Assembly (NCBI GenBank): GCA_002269645.1
Contig: NIVC01002871.1
Coordinates: 1 to 64,000, forward strand
Origin: Macrostomum lignano
Taxonomy: Eukaryota
Length of the DNA: 64,000 nucleotides
Direction: 5' to 3'
Below the pieces are notes generated by a model. It had not been told where the DNA came from and did not search any database. It saw only the letters and a list, made by a program, of their open reading frames with translations. The position numbers were made by a program, and so were the translations under genes. Positions 31,155 through 43,995 of the stretch are shown here, piece after piece; the first letter of the stretch is position 1; every line of letters begins with the position of its first letter.

Positions 31155-32583
31155 GGGGAGAGGGTGGAAGGAATGTGGGAGAGGGTGGAAGGAATGTGGG
31201 AGAGGGTGGAAGGAATGTGGGAGAGGGTGGAAGGAATGTGGGAGAGGGTGGAAGGAATGTGGGAGATGGTGGAAGGAATGTGGGAGAGGGTGGAAGGAAT
31301 GTGGGAGATGGTGGAAGGAATGTGGAAGAGGGTGGAAGGAATGTGGGAGAGGGTGGAAGGAATGTGGGAGAGGGTGGAAGGAATGTGGGAGAGGGTGGAA
31401 GGAATGTGGGAGAGGGTGGAAGGAATGTGGGAGAGGGTGGAAGGAATGTGGGAGATGGTGGAGAGAATGGGGAAGTTGAGGGAATGGGAAAGAGTTGAGG
31501 GAATGGGGAGAGTTGAGGGAATGTGAAAGAGTTGAGGGAATGTGAAAGAGTTGAGGGAATGTGAAAGAGTTGAGGGAATGTGAAAGAGTTGAGGGAATGT
31601 GAAAGAGTTGAGGGAATGTGAAAGAGTTGAGGGAATGTGAAAGAGTTGAGGGAATGTGAAAGAGTTGAGGGAATGGGGGAGAAAGCGGAGAGAATGGGAA
31701 GAGAGCGGAGGGAATGGGGAAGAGAGCGGAGAGAATGGGGAAGAGAGCGGAGAGAATGGGAAGAGAGCGGAGAGAATGGGAAGAGAGCGGAGAGAATGGG
31801 GAAGAGAGCGGAAAGAATGGGAAGAGAGCGGAGGGAATGGGGAAGAGAGCGGAGGGAATGGGGGAGAGGGGAGAGGGAATGGGGGAGAGGGGAGAGGGAA
31901 TGGGGAAGAGAGCGGAGGGAATGGGGGAGAGGGGAGAGAATGGGAAGAGAGCGGAGGGAATGGGAAGAGAGCGGAGGGAATGGGGGAGAGGGGAGAGAAT
32001 GGGAAGAGAGCGGAGAGAATGGGAAGAGAGCGGAGAGAATGGGAAGAGAGCGGAGAGAATGGGGAAGAGAGCGGAGGGAATGGGGGAGAGGGGAGAGGGA
32101 ATGGGGAAGAGAGCGGAGGGAATGGGGGAGAGGGGAGAGGGAATGGGGAGAGGGGAGAGGGAATGGGGAGAGGGAGAGGGAATGGGGAAGAGAGCGGAGG
32201 GAATGGGGGAGAGGGGAGAGAATGGGAAGAGAGCGGAAAGAATGGGAAGAGAGCGGAGGGAATGGGGAAGAGAGCGGAGAGAATGGGGGAGAGGGGAGAG
32301 GGAATGGGGAAGAGAGCGGAGAGAATGGGAAGAGAGCGGAGAGAATGGGAAGAGAGCGGAGAGAATGGGAAGAGAGCGGAGAGAATGGGAAGAGAGCGGA
32401 GAGAATGGAAAGAGAGCGGAGAGAATGGGAAGAGAGCGGAGAGAATGGGAAGAGAGCGGAGAGAATGGGAAGAGAGCGGAGAGAATGGGAAGAGAGCCGA
32501 GAGAATGGGAAGAGAGCGGAGAGAATGGGAAGAGAGCGGAGAGAATGGGAAGAGAGCGGAGAGAATGGGAAGAGAGCGGAGGG
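31155..32583. repeat. Three abutting purine-rich minisatellites (21-, 19- and 20/21-bp units)
   Basis: GGGAGAGGGTGGAAGGAATGT, then GAAAGAGTTGAGGGAATGT, then AGAGAGCGGAGAGAATGGGA. Confidence 0.95.
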
Positions 32584-32821
32584 CACGAATTATCAGATCG
32601 AGTTCGAAGATACTCGTAACTGTTTCGATTATTTTATCTCGTATGCAAAACTTGGTAGGTGTTACTGACCGATATGTATCGAAAATTTCTTTTTTCAAGA
32701 TTATACGCTGACAGAGAAGTATGCGATGCATGATCTGACAAGGCACCATTGAACTTATAAGTAGCTATGAAATTCACTTACTCTATGTACTTTAAACTCC
32801 AACTCTCCCTTTCTCACCCAT

Positions 32822-32854
<33 letters not shown>

Positions 32855-33073
32855 ATTATTTCTCTCTTATTTTCTACAAAAGAGGCAGCACCGCATGCTC
32901 CCATGTTACCTGGCTGCCGCTTCAGCGGCTCTACTATACACGCCCGTTATGCCGGTTCTTTGTGCATGAGAACGAGTGAATGAAGATCCGCGCCATGCTC
33001 CTTAGCGTGATGCTCAGGGCGGCGCTGGGAAGTTCTGGCACTTATTGGGAAGCAATTATTCTTGGTTGGAATT

Positions 33074-33111
<38 letters not shown>

Positions 33112-33956
33112 TCCTCAGCTAGTCCAGGCTGATGGATTATAACAAATATAATTTAATAATAAATAAAACTCCTAAAATAGCAGTATTGGGAATTGTTAAT
33201 TATATTTTAGCTGGACAATAACATTGCATTTTTAAACTAGCTATTAATAGCGAATCAGTAGGCCGCAGATGCGATTATTTATTAGTTTAATCCGATAGAT
33301 TTGATGAAGGGAATTCGAATGAATGTGGGATAGCCTTGTGACTGGTTCGAATAGGTGAAATTGCAAGGGGGCTTTTTTATTAAAGACAACCCCTGAGCAG
33401 GCATACAAGCGCGCGGATACGCACGCAGTCACACGCACAGGCACACACTCACACGGAGTGCACAGCGGCACTAACTTTATCTATCGTTAGGCATGTACAC
33501 TTCACTGTGCCTTGGGGGTTTGGCCTTAAAGGGTGTTAATTGCACGAGCAGAGCCAAGCCGAGATTCCAATTTAGCCACAAATTGTCATAATGTGACTGC
33601 ACTTGGAATCGAGCCTTCTCTTGCAATGGGGCTCTTTTGCTAGGCAAAAACTACAATCTGATACTATAAAAGCTGAACTAGTCACTTTTAAAAAAGACCT
33701 ACAACACTACACATTACAATCAAACCATGTGTGCATGAAACCATGAGGATTAGACCATTCCATCTGAAGACCATTCTCTGGTTCTAATTTCTAACGGTGG
33801 TGCCAAAAAGGACTGCCATTTTGAACTGACTGGATCCTGTTCATTGCGAAAGCAAGTCAGTTTTGTCTATGGTCAGAAGCCGAAATTCCCAAGTGGTTGG
33901 GATGCTTTCAGACGCAACCAATTAGAAAGCGAATGTCCTGTATGGTAGAGATGGGG

Positions 33957-36899
33957 CTACACTTCAACCATTTGACAGCAACTGTCAAGCACTGTGTCGG
34001 CCTGCTGTGCGGTGTCTGGGGTCACAGTGCAGGTGCACATGATGGCCAGCTTGCGCCTGAACGCTGAGCTGTACCAAGCCAGCACAGCGAAATGGCTGCA
34101 GCCGAACAGGGAGATGGCCAGATCCTGCAGGTTGATGTAGAGCAGTGTCTCAGAGTCGACTCTGTCCATGAAGATTAGCGGTCCCTGGCAGACTATGAAC
34201 AGTAAGCCGATGGTGAGAATCAGCTGCGGTGCGGATGCAGGGGTTAAAATACTTGAATTGAGAAACCATTTTCCAAGACAAAAATTCTTTTTCAAATAAA
34301 TTTATTAAATTAGAATTCTATATTCTGATTTTAATAACCGGTGTTTTGAGGAACTCGATTTCCTGGAAAGTGATTTCCTACCATTTTGAATTCAAGTTTC
34401 CAGGAAATGGTATAGTTGTTAACAGAGTTCATGGATACGCCTACGGGAAGTTATGGTTACAGAGGTTTTTAGACAGACCACACGGATATGGTTACGAGAA
34501 CATATATATCTCAGTGATATTGGCCACTCAGTGACAATAACAGACTTAAAAGACCATTGTAGCCCTTATTTTCAGTGGAAATGAATGAATATCTTCAGTT
34601 TCAATTAAAGCTTTTATGAGAGGAACTCTCAAGTCCCTGCGGTCGGGGATTCAAGCAACAGAGATTTTCAACGTACGTGCACAATGTATGGTTTTTTAGT
34701 AACTGTTGGAATAGGATTTAACATCGTTAAAAGTAATGTGAAGTTAGGGAAATTAATTAGATGTGGATACAGATATGGATAATATTAGTATTCTTAGACA
34801 TCTTTATAATGCATAGTCTGCAAGATAACAGTTTTCAAAAAAACAAAAACTCTTCCCTGCCGTCAATTTATTTCTAGGAAAGCGTGACTTTCGTAAAATT
34901 TGTTTTTTTCTTAAAAATCGTGTCACGACGAGATTTTCCGGCTTTTTTTTCAATCGCTACAAATGAGGAAAAAACATTAAAGACTCTGCGCGCGCAGTTG
35001 AGTCTGCAGAATAATAGCAAAAAACGCTTATATCCTCGTTATGATGCGAGCTTAAAAATGCTACATTCTGAGACGGTCTGGTGATTTAATGAATCATTTT
35101 CAGCCTGTCTGCGTACTTGGCTGTTGCTACTCTCTGTATACCGGAAAAAGAAAAAAAATTGTATTTTATATTCCCAGCCTCATGCAAGCATCGATCGTCT
35201 GATGTGCGGTTCTGCTTTTGCCTGTTGTCAGTAGATGGGACTTCCTGACAGTAAGTCTGTTTCTGACAGCTTTTTCTGACAAGGATGCGATTTAACTGAC
35301 AGGATTATGTACTCGTAGCATCAGCTAACAGAATCATCTGACAGAATCATCTGACAGAATCATCTGACAGTATCATTTGACAGTACGAGCGTATTATCTG
35401 ACAGAATCATCTGACAGAATCATCTGACAGTATCATTTGACAGTACGAGCGTATTATCTGACAGAATCATCTGACAGTATCATCTGACAGAATCATCTGA
35501 CAGTATCATTTGACAGAATCATCTGACAAAAATCATCTTACAGAATCATCTGACAGAATCATTTGACAGAATCATCTGACAGAATCATCTGACAGAATCA
35601 TTTGACAGAAACATTTGATAGAACCATCTGACAGAATCATCTGACAGAATCATCTGACAGAATCATCTGACAGTATCATTTGACAGAATCATCTGACAGA
35701 ATCATCTGACAGAATCATCTGACAGAATCATCTGACAGAATCATCTGACAGAATTATCTGACGGAATCATCTGACAGGAACATCTGACAGAATCATATGA
35801 CAGAATCATCTGACAGAATCATCTGACAGTATCATTTGACAGAATCATCTGACAGAATCATCTGACAGAATCATCTGACAGAATCATCTGACAGTATCAT
35901 TTGACAGAACCACCTGACAGAATCATCTGTCATTATTTTCTGACAACACCTGACGGAGTGTCAGGAAACTGCTTACATTTTTACGCACCTGACAAAAACC
36001 CATCAGACGCAGCTGCGGAACTCACCTGAGAACATTTCCTCGACCAGGTGATGGGCGGCTGCTGAACATAATGCTGTCCCTGATGCTGCGGCTGCTCCTG
36101 CATCATCGGCAGCAGCTGCGGTCCATCAAGACCCCCATCACCGGTATCCACAGCAGCAGCAACAGCTTTGCTCCTAGCAGCAGTCGTTGCCGCGGTCGGT
36201 CGTAGCAGCCATAGCAAGACGGCCAACGCCACACAGCCAGGCAGAGCTAGCAGCGGCGGCACGTGGAACTCCAGCACGTACAGCGCCCGGTGAATCGCCG
36301 TGTGCCTCGCCTCGGGGATGTAGTAAGCTCGGAAATACTCGGGGATCTTCTCGGCCACCAGGCGGACGAGGCCGAAACTCGCGCCCAACAGCAGCAGCAG
36401 GCGGTAGAAGCGGCTGACGAGGGCCCGGCCGGACAGGCGGCTGGCCAGCTGGGGCGGCCGAGACGCCGGGCCAAGCAGGCGAGGCAGTGCAGCAGCACCA
36501 GACCGGCCACCCACCACTGCCTGAGGAACAGCGAGGCGTGCTTCAAGCTGCCCGAACTGGCCAAGGCCGCGAGAACGGCCACCCTGTTGTGCTCCAGCGG
36601 GCTGGTCCTGGCGTGGTCCTCCTCGCTGTTGTGGGACGCCAAGAACAGCACGGAGAACAGCTGGGAGGTGACACCCAGCGTCAGCTCGGCGTAGCTGAGG
36701 TACAGCAGCGACCCAATACCTGTGTGGGACTTGCGACAGCGGCACAGCTTGGCCAGCAGCAGGCAGCACAGCAGGTTCAGCACAATGGCAGCGGTGTTGA
36801 CAATCAGGCGGCCAACCAGAACCAGGCGCCAAGCTTCAAAGCGCTGCAGCTCCGGGCTGACTGTGGCGGCTGACATCAATGGGGTTGATGCTGAATTCA
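33957..36899 (-). CDS. Divergent rhodopsin-like 7TM GPCR (peptide/chemoreceptor-like). Exons ~36899-36026 (1-nt frameshift near 36451) and 34223-33957; 5' end uncertain
   Basis: Seven hydrophobic segments: TM1 ...AAIVLNLLCC, TM2 LLYLSYAELTL, TM5 VLEFHVPPLL, TM6 LLFIVCQGP, TM7 CSHFAVLAWYSSAFRRKL. Phase-0 junction CSQ|LILTI with CAG|GTGAGT donor and CCGCAG| acceptor. Confidence 0.72.
35320..35930. repeat. 13-bp minisatellite (CTGACAGAATCAT), ~45 copies, GPCR intron
   Basis: Direct reading. Confidence 0.95.
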
Positions 36900-37552
36900 C
36901 TATAGTTGCCAGTTATCACTTTTTTCAACACCCTTAACGTGTCTCAGTCTCCTTCTCTGCTCATTTTAGTAGCGACGGTTTCAAATGCTGCGATGGGGGG
37001 GGAGGCGGCGGTGAGGCGGCAGGCGGAGGGGGTGAGAGGAGAGAGGAAGAGAATCCCCAGCAGCAGCAGCAGCAGTCCTTAGCCAGCGGAGTGAGGAGGC
37101 CGGCCCTGAATCCACTCGGGTCCCGAAGCCAACCAGCTGTGAGCTCCACGCGGGCGGCATCGAAGGTAGGGCACTGGCGGTCGATATCAGCGAGTCAATG
37201 GCCTGGGGCGCGCACAGCTAGTGAAGTTTTTTGCTTCTTCCTTTCTTGGAAATGAGATTAAGCGCGCATAATGAATGCAATGGCTACCGGTCCGGCCCCG
37301 CGAGAATTCACAGGGGGAGACAGAGTGGGGAGGAACTCAAGACAGAAGACTCAAGCCGGCTGTCTTTCTAATCATTTCCACTCCAGACTCACTCAGTAAC
37401 CAGGGTGAGGGAAAGACGCCTTTCAGAACTTCAGTTTAGTATTGTCTATAATTTCAATTTTTTATTTAGAAATGCAGACGGCTGTGTATTCGAGTACGTT
37501 TGTTTTTTGCGGATGTCTTGTAAAAAGGACACTTTGGATTAGAAGTTACACT

Positions 37553-38005
37553 TGGGAGAGAGACAGGGGGAGAGAGACAAGGTGAGAGAGACAGTGGGAG
37601 AGAGACAGGAGGGGAGAGACAAGGGGAGAGAGACAGGGGGAGAGAGACAGGGGGAGAGAGACAGGGGGAAAGAGACAAGGGGAGAGAGACTGGAGGGGAG
37701 AGACAGCGGGAGAGAGACAAGGGGAGAGAGACAGGGGGAGAAAGACAGGGGGAGAGAGACAGGGGGAGAGAGACAAGGGGAGAGAGACAGGGGGAGAGAG
37801 ACAGGGGGAGAGAGACAAGGGGAGAGAGACAAGGGGAGAGAGACAGGGGGAGAGAGACAGGGGGAGAGAGACAAGGGGAGAGAGACAGTGGGAGAGAGAC
37901 AGGAGGGGAGAGACAAGGGGAGAGAGACAGGGGGAGAGAGACAGGGGGAGAGAGACAGGGGGAGAGAGACAGGGGAGAGAGACAAGGGGAGACGAAGGGA
38001 GACAA
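37553..38005. repeat. 14-bp purine-rich minisatellite (GAGAGACAGGGGGA)
   Basis: Direct reading. Confidence 0.93.
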
Positions 38006-38439
38006 GAGACAACCTAGTGTATAGGTATGGGAAGTCAGGCTTCAGAAAGAATTTCATTTAGAACAGCAAACCAAATCGTTAGGATGAGGCGAAGTCGTGT
38101 CAGACTATGGCTGTGCATGACAAGCATTGAGCCGAAGATGCAGGCAGCTGGGGAAGCGTCTGGCAGAGTGGCGACTTCCCAGCCGCAATCGATAATCAGG
38201 CGGCTGGAGAAGGGGGTGGAAGGCCGCTCTTGATCCATAAAAACGAGCTTATCGATTCTGACTTTCGCTCCGCTGTCCTGCCCGGTGTCTTCGCCAGGAC
38301 TCTGAGGGATCTCATGAGTCCTTATCGCCTCGGAAGCATGAGCTAGTGATTCCTGTCTGGGGGCGGTAGGGCAGCAGGGCAGGGCATGGCGCTTGTGAGG
38401 GAATATTGGGAGGAGATCGGGTGGCACTCCGTGCGACTG

Positions 38440-40075
38440 CCACTCTGAACAGGAAATGGCACTCTGAACAGGAAATGGCACTCTGAACAGGAAATGGCAC
38501 TCTGAACAGGAAATGGCACTCTGAACAGGAAATGGCACTCTGAACAGGAAATGGCACTCTGAACAGGAAATGGCACTCTGAACAGGAAATGGCACTCTGA
38601 ACAGGAAATGGCACTCTGAACAGGAAATGGCACTCTGAACAGGAAATGGCACTGTGAACAGGAAATGGCACTCTGAACAAGAAATGGCACTCGGAACAGG
38701 AAATGGCACTCTGAACGATAAACACTGCAGGAAATGGCGCTCTGAACAGGAAATGGCACTCTGAACAGGAAATGGCACTCTGAACAAGAAATGGCAATCT
38801 GAACAGGAAATGGCACTCTGAACGATAAACACTGCAGGAAATGGCGCTCTGAACAGGAAATGGCACTCTGAACAGGAAATGGCACTCTGAACAGGAAATG
38901 GCACTCTGAACAGGAAATGGCACTCTGAACAAGAAATGGCACTCTGAACAGGAAATGGCACTCTGAACAGGAAATGGCACTCTGAACAGGAAATGGCACT
39001 CTGAACAGGAAATGGCACTCTGAACAGGAAATGGCACTCTGCACAGGAAATGGCACTCTGAACAGGAAATGGCACTCTGAACGATAAACACTGCAGGAAA
39101 TGGCGCTCTGAACAGGAAATGGCACTCTGAACAGGAAATGGCACTCTGAACAGGAAATGGCACTCTGCACAGGAAATGGCACTCTGAACAGGAAATGGCA
39201 CTCTGAACGATAAACACTGCAGGAAATGGCACTATGAACAGGAAATGGCACTCTGAACAGGAAATGGCACTCTGAACAGGAAATGGCACTCTGAACAGGA
39301 AATGGCACTGTGAACAGGAAATGACACTCTGAACAGGAAATGGCACTCTGAACAGGAAATGGCACTCTGAACAGGAAATGGCACTCTGAACAGGAAATTG
39401 CACTCTGAACAGGAAATGGCACTCTGAACAGGAAATGGCACTCTGAACAGGAAATGGCACTCTGAACAGGAAATGGCACTCTGAACAGGAAATGGCACTC
39501 TGAACAGGAAATGGCACTCTGAACAGGAAATGGCACTCTGAACAAGAAATGGCACTCGGAACAGGAAATGGCACTCTGAACGATAAACACTGCAGGAAAT
39601 GGCGCTCTGAACAGGAAATGGCACTCTGAACAGGAAATGGCACTCTGAACAGGAAATTACACTCTGAACAGGAAATGGCACTCTGAACAGGAAATGGCAC
39701 TCTGAACAGGAAATGGCACTCTGCACAGAAAATGGCACTCTGAACAGGAAATGGCACTCTGAACGATAAACACTGCAGGAAATGGCGCTCTGAACAGGAA
39801 ATGGCACTCTGAACAGGAAATGGCACTCTGCACAGGAAATGGCACTCTGAACAGGAAATGGCACTCTGAACGATAAACACTGCAGGAAATGGCGCTCTGA
39901 ACAGGAAATTACACTCTGAACAGGAAATGGCACTCTGAACGATAAACACTGCAGGAAATGGCGCTCTGAACAGGAAATGGCACTCTGAACAGGAAATGGC
40001 ACTCTGACAGGAAATGGCACTCTGAACGATAAACACTGCAGGAAATGGCACTCTGAACGATAAGGACTGCAGGAG
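38440..40075. repeat. 19-bp minisatellite (GGCACTCTGAACAGGAAAT), ~80 copies, with a recurrent longer GATAAACACTGC variant
   Basis: Direct reading. Confidence 0.95.
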
Positions 40076-40360
40076 GATGGGAAGTGGCATTTTGCAAAAA
40101 TTGGTCTGTCAGACAAAAACTTCAACATTTCAATGAGAAGACTCGACCAACGAAACAGACGATTAAAAACATCCTTTTAAATGCATAGCAGAAGATCGAT
40201 AGCTGCAGATCAGGCTTAGTGGAACAGCAATCAATCAATTTTTTTATCTTTCAAATCGCAAAATGTTATTTTGATTGAATACTGAAGTATGTATGTGCAT
40301 GTTAAAGACAGAAGATACACCATTGCCAAGTGTCTCAAGTCTTATTCAAGAAAGTGCAAA

Positions 40361-40758
40361 CTCCAGGCCAGTTTACTGCCAGTTTACTAAGATATCTAAA
40401 CTGTTTCCCAGTCACTCCAGGCCAGTTTATTGCCAGTTTACTAAGATATCTAAACTGTTTCCCAGTCACTCCAGGCCAGTTTACTGCCAGTTTACTAAGA
40501 TGTCTAAACTGTTTCCCAGTCACTCCAGGCCAGTTTATTGCCAGTTTACTAAGATATCTAAACTGTTTCCCAGTCACTCCAGGCCAGTTTATTGCCAGTT
40601 TACTAAGATATCTAAACTGTTTCCCAGTCACTCCAGGCCAGTTTATTGCCAGTTTACTAAGATATCTAAACTGTTTCCCAGTCACTCCAGGCCAGTTTAT
40701 TGCCAGTTTACTAAGATATCTAAACTGTTTCCCAGTCACTCCAGGCCAGTTTATTGCC
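40361..40758. repeat. 54-bp minisatellite, ~7 copies
   Basis: Unit CTCCAGGCCAGTTTATTGCCAGTTTACTAAGATATCTAAACTGTTTCCCAGTCA. Confidence 0.95.
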
Positions 40759-41194
40759 TGGGTACAGTTGTCCCGCCGGGTTCTGTCCATTCCGACGCAG
40801 CTAATTAATTATTTATGACAGATTCGAAAAGGAACTGAACACAGGGACGTGAAGGAGGCTAAGCCAGTAGCAGCTAATCCATCCTTAATCCCTTCCCCGC
40901 TCGCTGGCCTGTTTTGATTGAAACTAACTGCAACAAAAAGAAATTGAAAAGCCTGTTGAGTAATAATAATAATACGCTTGTAGTAATAATATTAATGTAA
41001 CAAAAAATTGATTGGCTGGGAAGGAAACTAAAAGTGCAAATCTTGTTAGAAAATTGAAGTAAAGCACTTTTATTTTAGATGCAGAAAGTTTACTAATTTC
41101 GAAGATTGCCACACTGAAGCTGACTCAATTCTACGTGACACTTCAGGACTATCCTTGCCATAGGCCAGCTAAAAGACACTGCTGAGCAAACCTC

Positions 41195-41402
41195 GGCAAG
41201 AGACACTACTAGGCTTCTCAAAGACACTACTAGGCTACCACTCCCAGAAACTACTAGGCTACTCCCAGACACTACTAGGCTACTCCCAGACACTACTAGG
41301 CTACTCCCGGACACTACTTGGCTACTCTCAGACACTACTATGCTACTCCCAGACACTACTAGGCTACTCCCAGACACCACTAGGCTACTCCCAGACACTA
41401 CT
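41195..41402 (+). repeat. 21/24-bp minisatellite (CCAGACACTACTAGGCTACTC), array A
   Basis: Direct reading. Confidence 0.9.
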
Positions 41403-42199
41403 AAGCTAGGTAGGCAGGTAGGTACATATAGGTAGACAACTCGACAGGTAGATAGTAGGTAGGTAGGTAGGTAGACAGGTAGGTAGACAGGGTGTAGATA
41501 GGCAGGTAGACAGGTTGGTAGGTACGTAGGTAGGTAAGTTGTTAACCGGGTAGATAGGCGGGCAGGTAGTTTTTGCAGACAGGTTGGGTCCGCCCAGACA
41601 CCTCAGACACCCCAAGGCCCAAAGCAGCACTTGACCAGCAAAGGCCATGCCCATTGTGCCAGCTATGCAAAAAATTGTTGTAGAATCAGACAATAGAAGA
41701 AGTGAATAGAAATTCTCAAACACGATTTTTTTTGCTTATTCAAGAGGTCAAGAGGTTTAACAGCCAAGAAAGCTCCAGACTCCGATCTACACCGAATAAC
41801 AGTGCGCAAATTAATTAGCTTGGTTTCGCTGACATCAACAGCAAAAAAGTGGGTCTCAGCTGCGGCTCAATGCATAAACAACACAATGCAGACACTTCTT
41901 TTGTCAGAGCCGGGCAGGTTAATTAACAAGTGTATCTTCTGCAAGATAAGATTTGTCCAGTTAACAATAGGTTGATTAATTTCACTGCCAGAATAGCAGT
42001 CAATTTCAGTTTTTTTTATATTTTCATTCGGATAAATAGAATGGTTTCTGTTGTTGAATATAGAAAACTTGTTTGTCAAAAGGCCAAGCTGAATCATGGA
42101 GTACTGGATAGAAACATCTGGACAGCAAAATAAATGGCACAAAATGTTTGATTTTGTTCGGTTTTAAAAATAATTCTTAAATAAATCGTTTTTATAGAA

Positions 42200-42580
42200 A
42201 CATTACTAGGCCACCACTCACAGACACTAATAGGCTACCAATCCCAGACACTACTAGGCTACCACTCCCAGACACTACTAGGCTACCACTCCCAGACACT
42301 ACTAGGCTACCACTCCCAGACACTACTAGGCTACCACTCCCAGACACTACTAGGCTACCACTCCCAGACACTACTAGGCTACCACTCCCAGACACTACTA
42401 GGCTACCACTCCCAGACACTACTAGGCTACCACTCCCAGACACTACTAGGCTACCACTCCCAGACACTACTAGGCTACCACTCCCAGACACTACTAGGCT
42501 ACCACTCCCAGACACTACTAGGCTACCACTCCCAGACACTACTAGGCTACCACTCCCAGACACTACTAGGCTACTCCCAG
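42200..42580 (+). repeat. 24-bp minisatellite (ACTCCCAGACACTACTAGGCTACC), array B, same family as A
   Basis: About 15 near-perfect copies. Confidence 0.95.
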
Positions 42581-42918
42581 AGAATTACATACAGAAAAAT
42601 TCAACTCCGTGCATGCAAAAAATGAGAGTGGAAGCATTTCAGATATATACCAGCGCATTGTAAAACTCCTCGGCTAGACAATGGCAGAAAAGAAGCTGCT
42701 AGGTTTCTACACACCTCATCTTTTATCTGCGAGTGGTTTCACGAGTTCAACTCGAAAAGCCCTCTCGCTGTCCGACATGTTGGTGGTCACACTCCGGCGC
42801 GCCTTTCCATTGGAAAGGTTTAAATAACTGGCTACAAAGTGGCACAAGCAACTGTAACAGGAGACGAAATAACAGTTGCTAAAAAAACTGACATAACTCA
42901 CACAACGCGGCGGAAACG

Positions 42919-43922
42919 ATGGAGTAAGTTAAATATTTATGTTGAGCGGGATATTGAATAAGAGAAAAGATAAGAGATGAGAGGGGAGAGGAGAGAGAGA
43001 GCTGAGAAGAGACACAGACTTTGAGCGGTAAGTGAGTTTTGTGGAGATTCATAAGCCGGAGTTCAGCGACCCCTGGGTTTGTCAAACCCCTGAGATAGTG
43101 TCTGGGAGTAGCCTAGTGGTGTCTGGGAGTAGCCTAGTAGTGTCTGCATGGGAGTAGCCTAGTAGTGTCTAGGAGTAGCCTAGTGGTGTCTGGGAGTAGC
43201 CTAGTAGTGTCTGGGAGTAGCCTAGTAGTGTCTGGGAGTAGCCTAGTAGTGTCTGAGAGTAGCCTAGTAGTTGTCTGGGAGTAGCCTAGTGGTGTCTGGG
43301 AGTAGCCTAGTAGTGTCTGCATGGGAGTAGCCTAGTAGTTGTCTGGGAGTAGCCTAGTGGTGTCTGGGAGTAGCCTAGTAGTGTCTGGGAGTAGCCTAGT
43401 GGTGTCTGGGAGTAGCCTAGTAGTGTCTGGGAGTAGCCTAGTAGTGTCTGGGAGTAGCCTAGTAGTGTCTGGGAGTAGCCTAGTAGTGTCTGGGAGTAGC
43501 CTAGTAGTGTATGGGAGTGGTAGCCTAGTAGTGTCTGGGAGTAGCCTAGTAGTGTCTGGGAGTAGCCTAGTGGTGTCTGGGAGTGGTAGCCTAGTAGTGT
43601 CTGGGAGTAGTCTGGTAGTATCTGGAAGTAGCCTGGTAGTGTTTGAGTAATCCTCTGATCGACATGTAGATGCGGCATTGCTGTAGCCTATCGAGCAGAT
43701 AGACTCCGTGGACTAATCGCAAACCCCTGCTACTCCACAATGGCAGCGACTATCTATGGCCCAACCAGAGACTGGTCGAATCAACCGAGTTTTACTTCCA
43801 ACTGCCGCCGGTCGCGGAGTTTCTCCAACTCGAGCCAGTTGAAGGACACGAACCCGCGCCTATTCTGCCGCCATATCAACAGCAGCCGCCCTCGCTGACA
43901 CCTCCGCTATCGCCGTCGAAGC

Positions 43923-43995
<73 letters not shown>

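Noticed and set aside
38035-38435. Unique ~130-codon minus-strand frame next to the 19-bp array
   Set aside because: No recognisable domain and no convincing splice partners; left unannotated.
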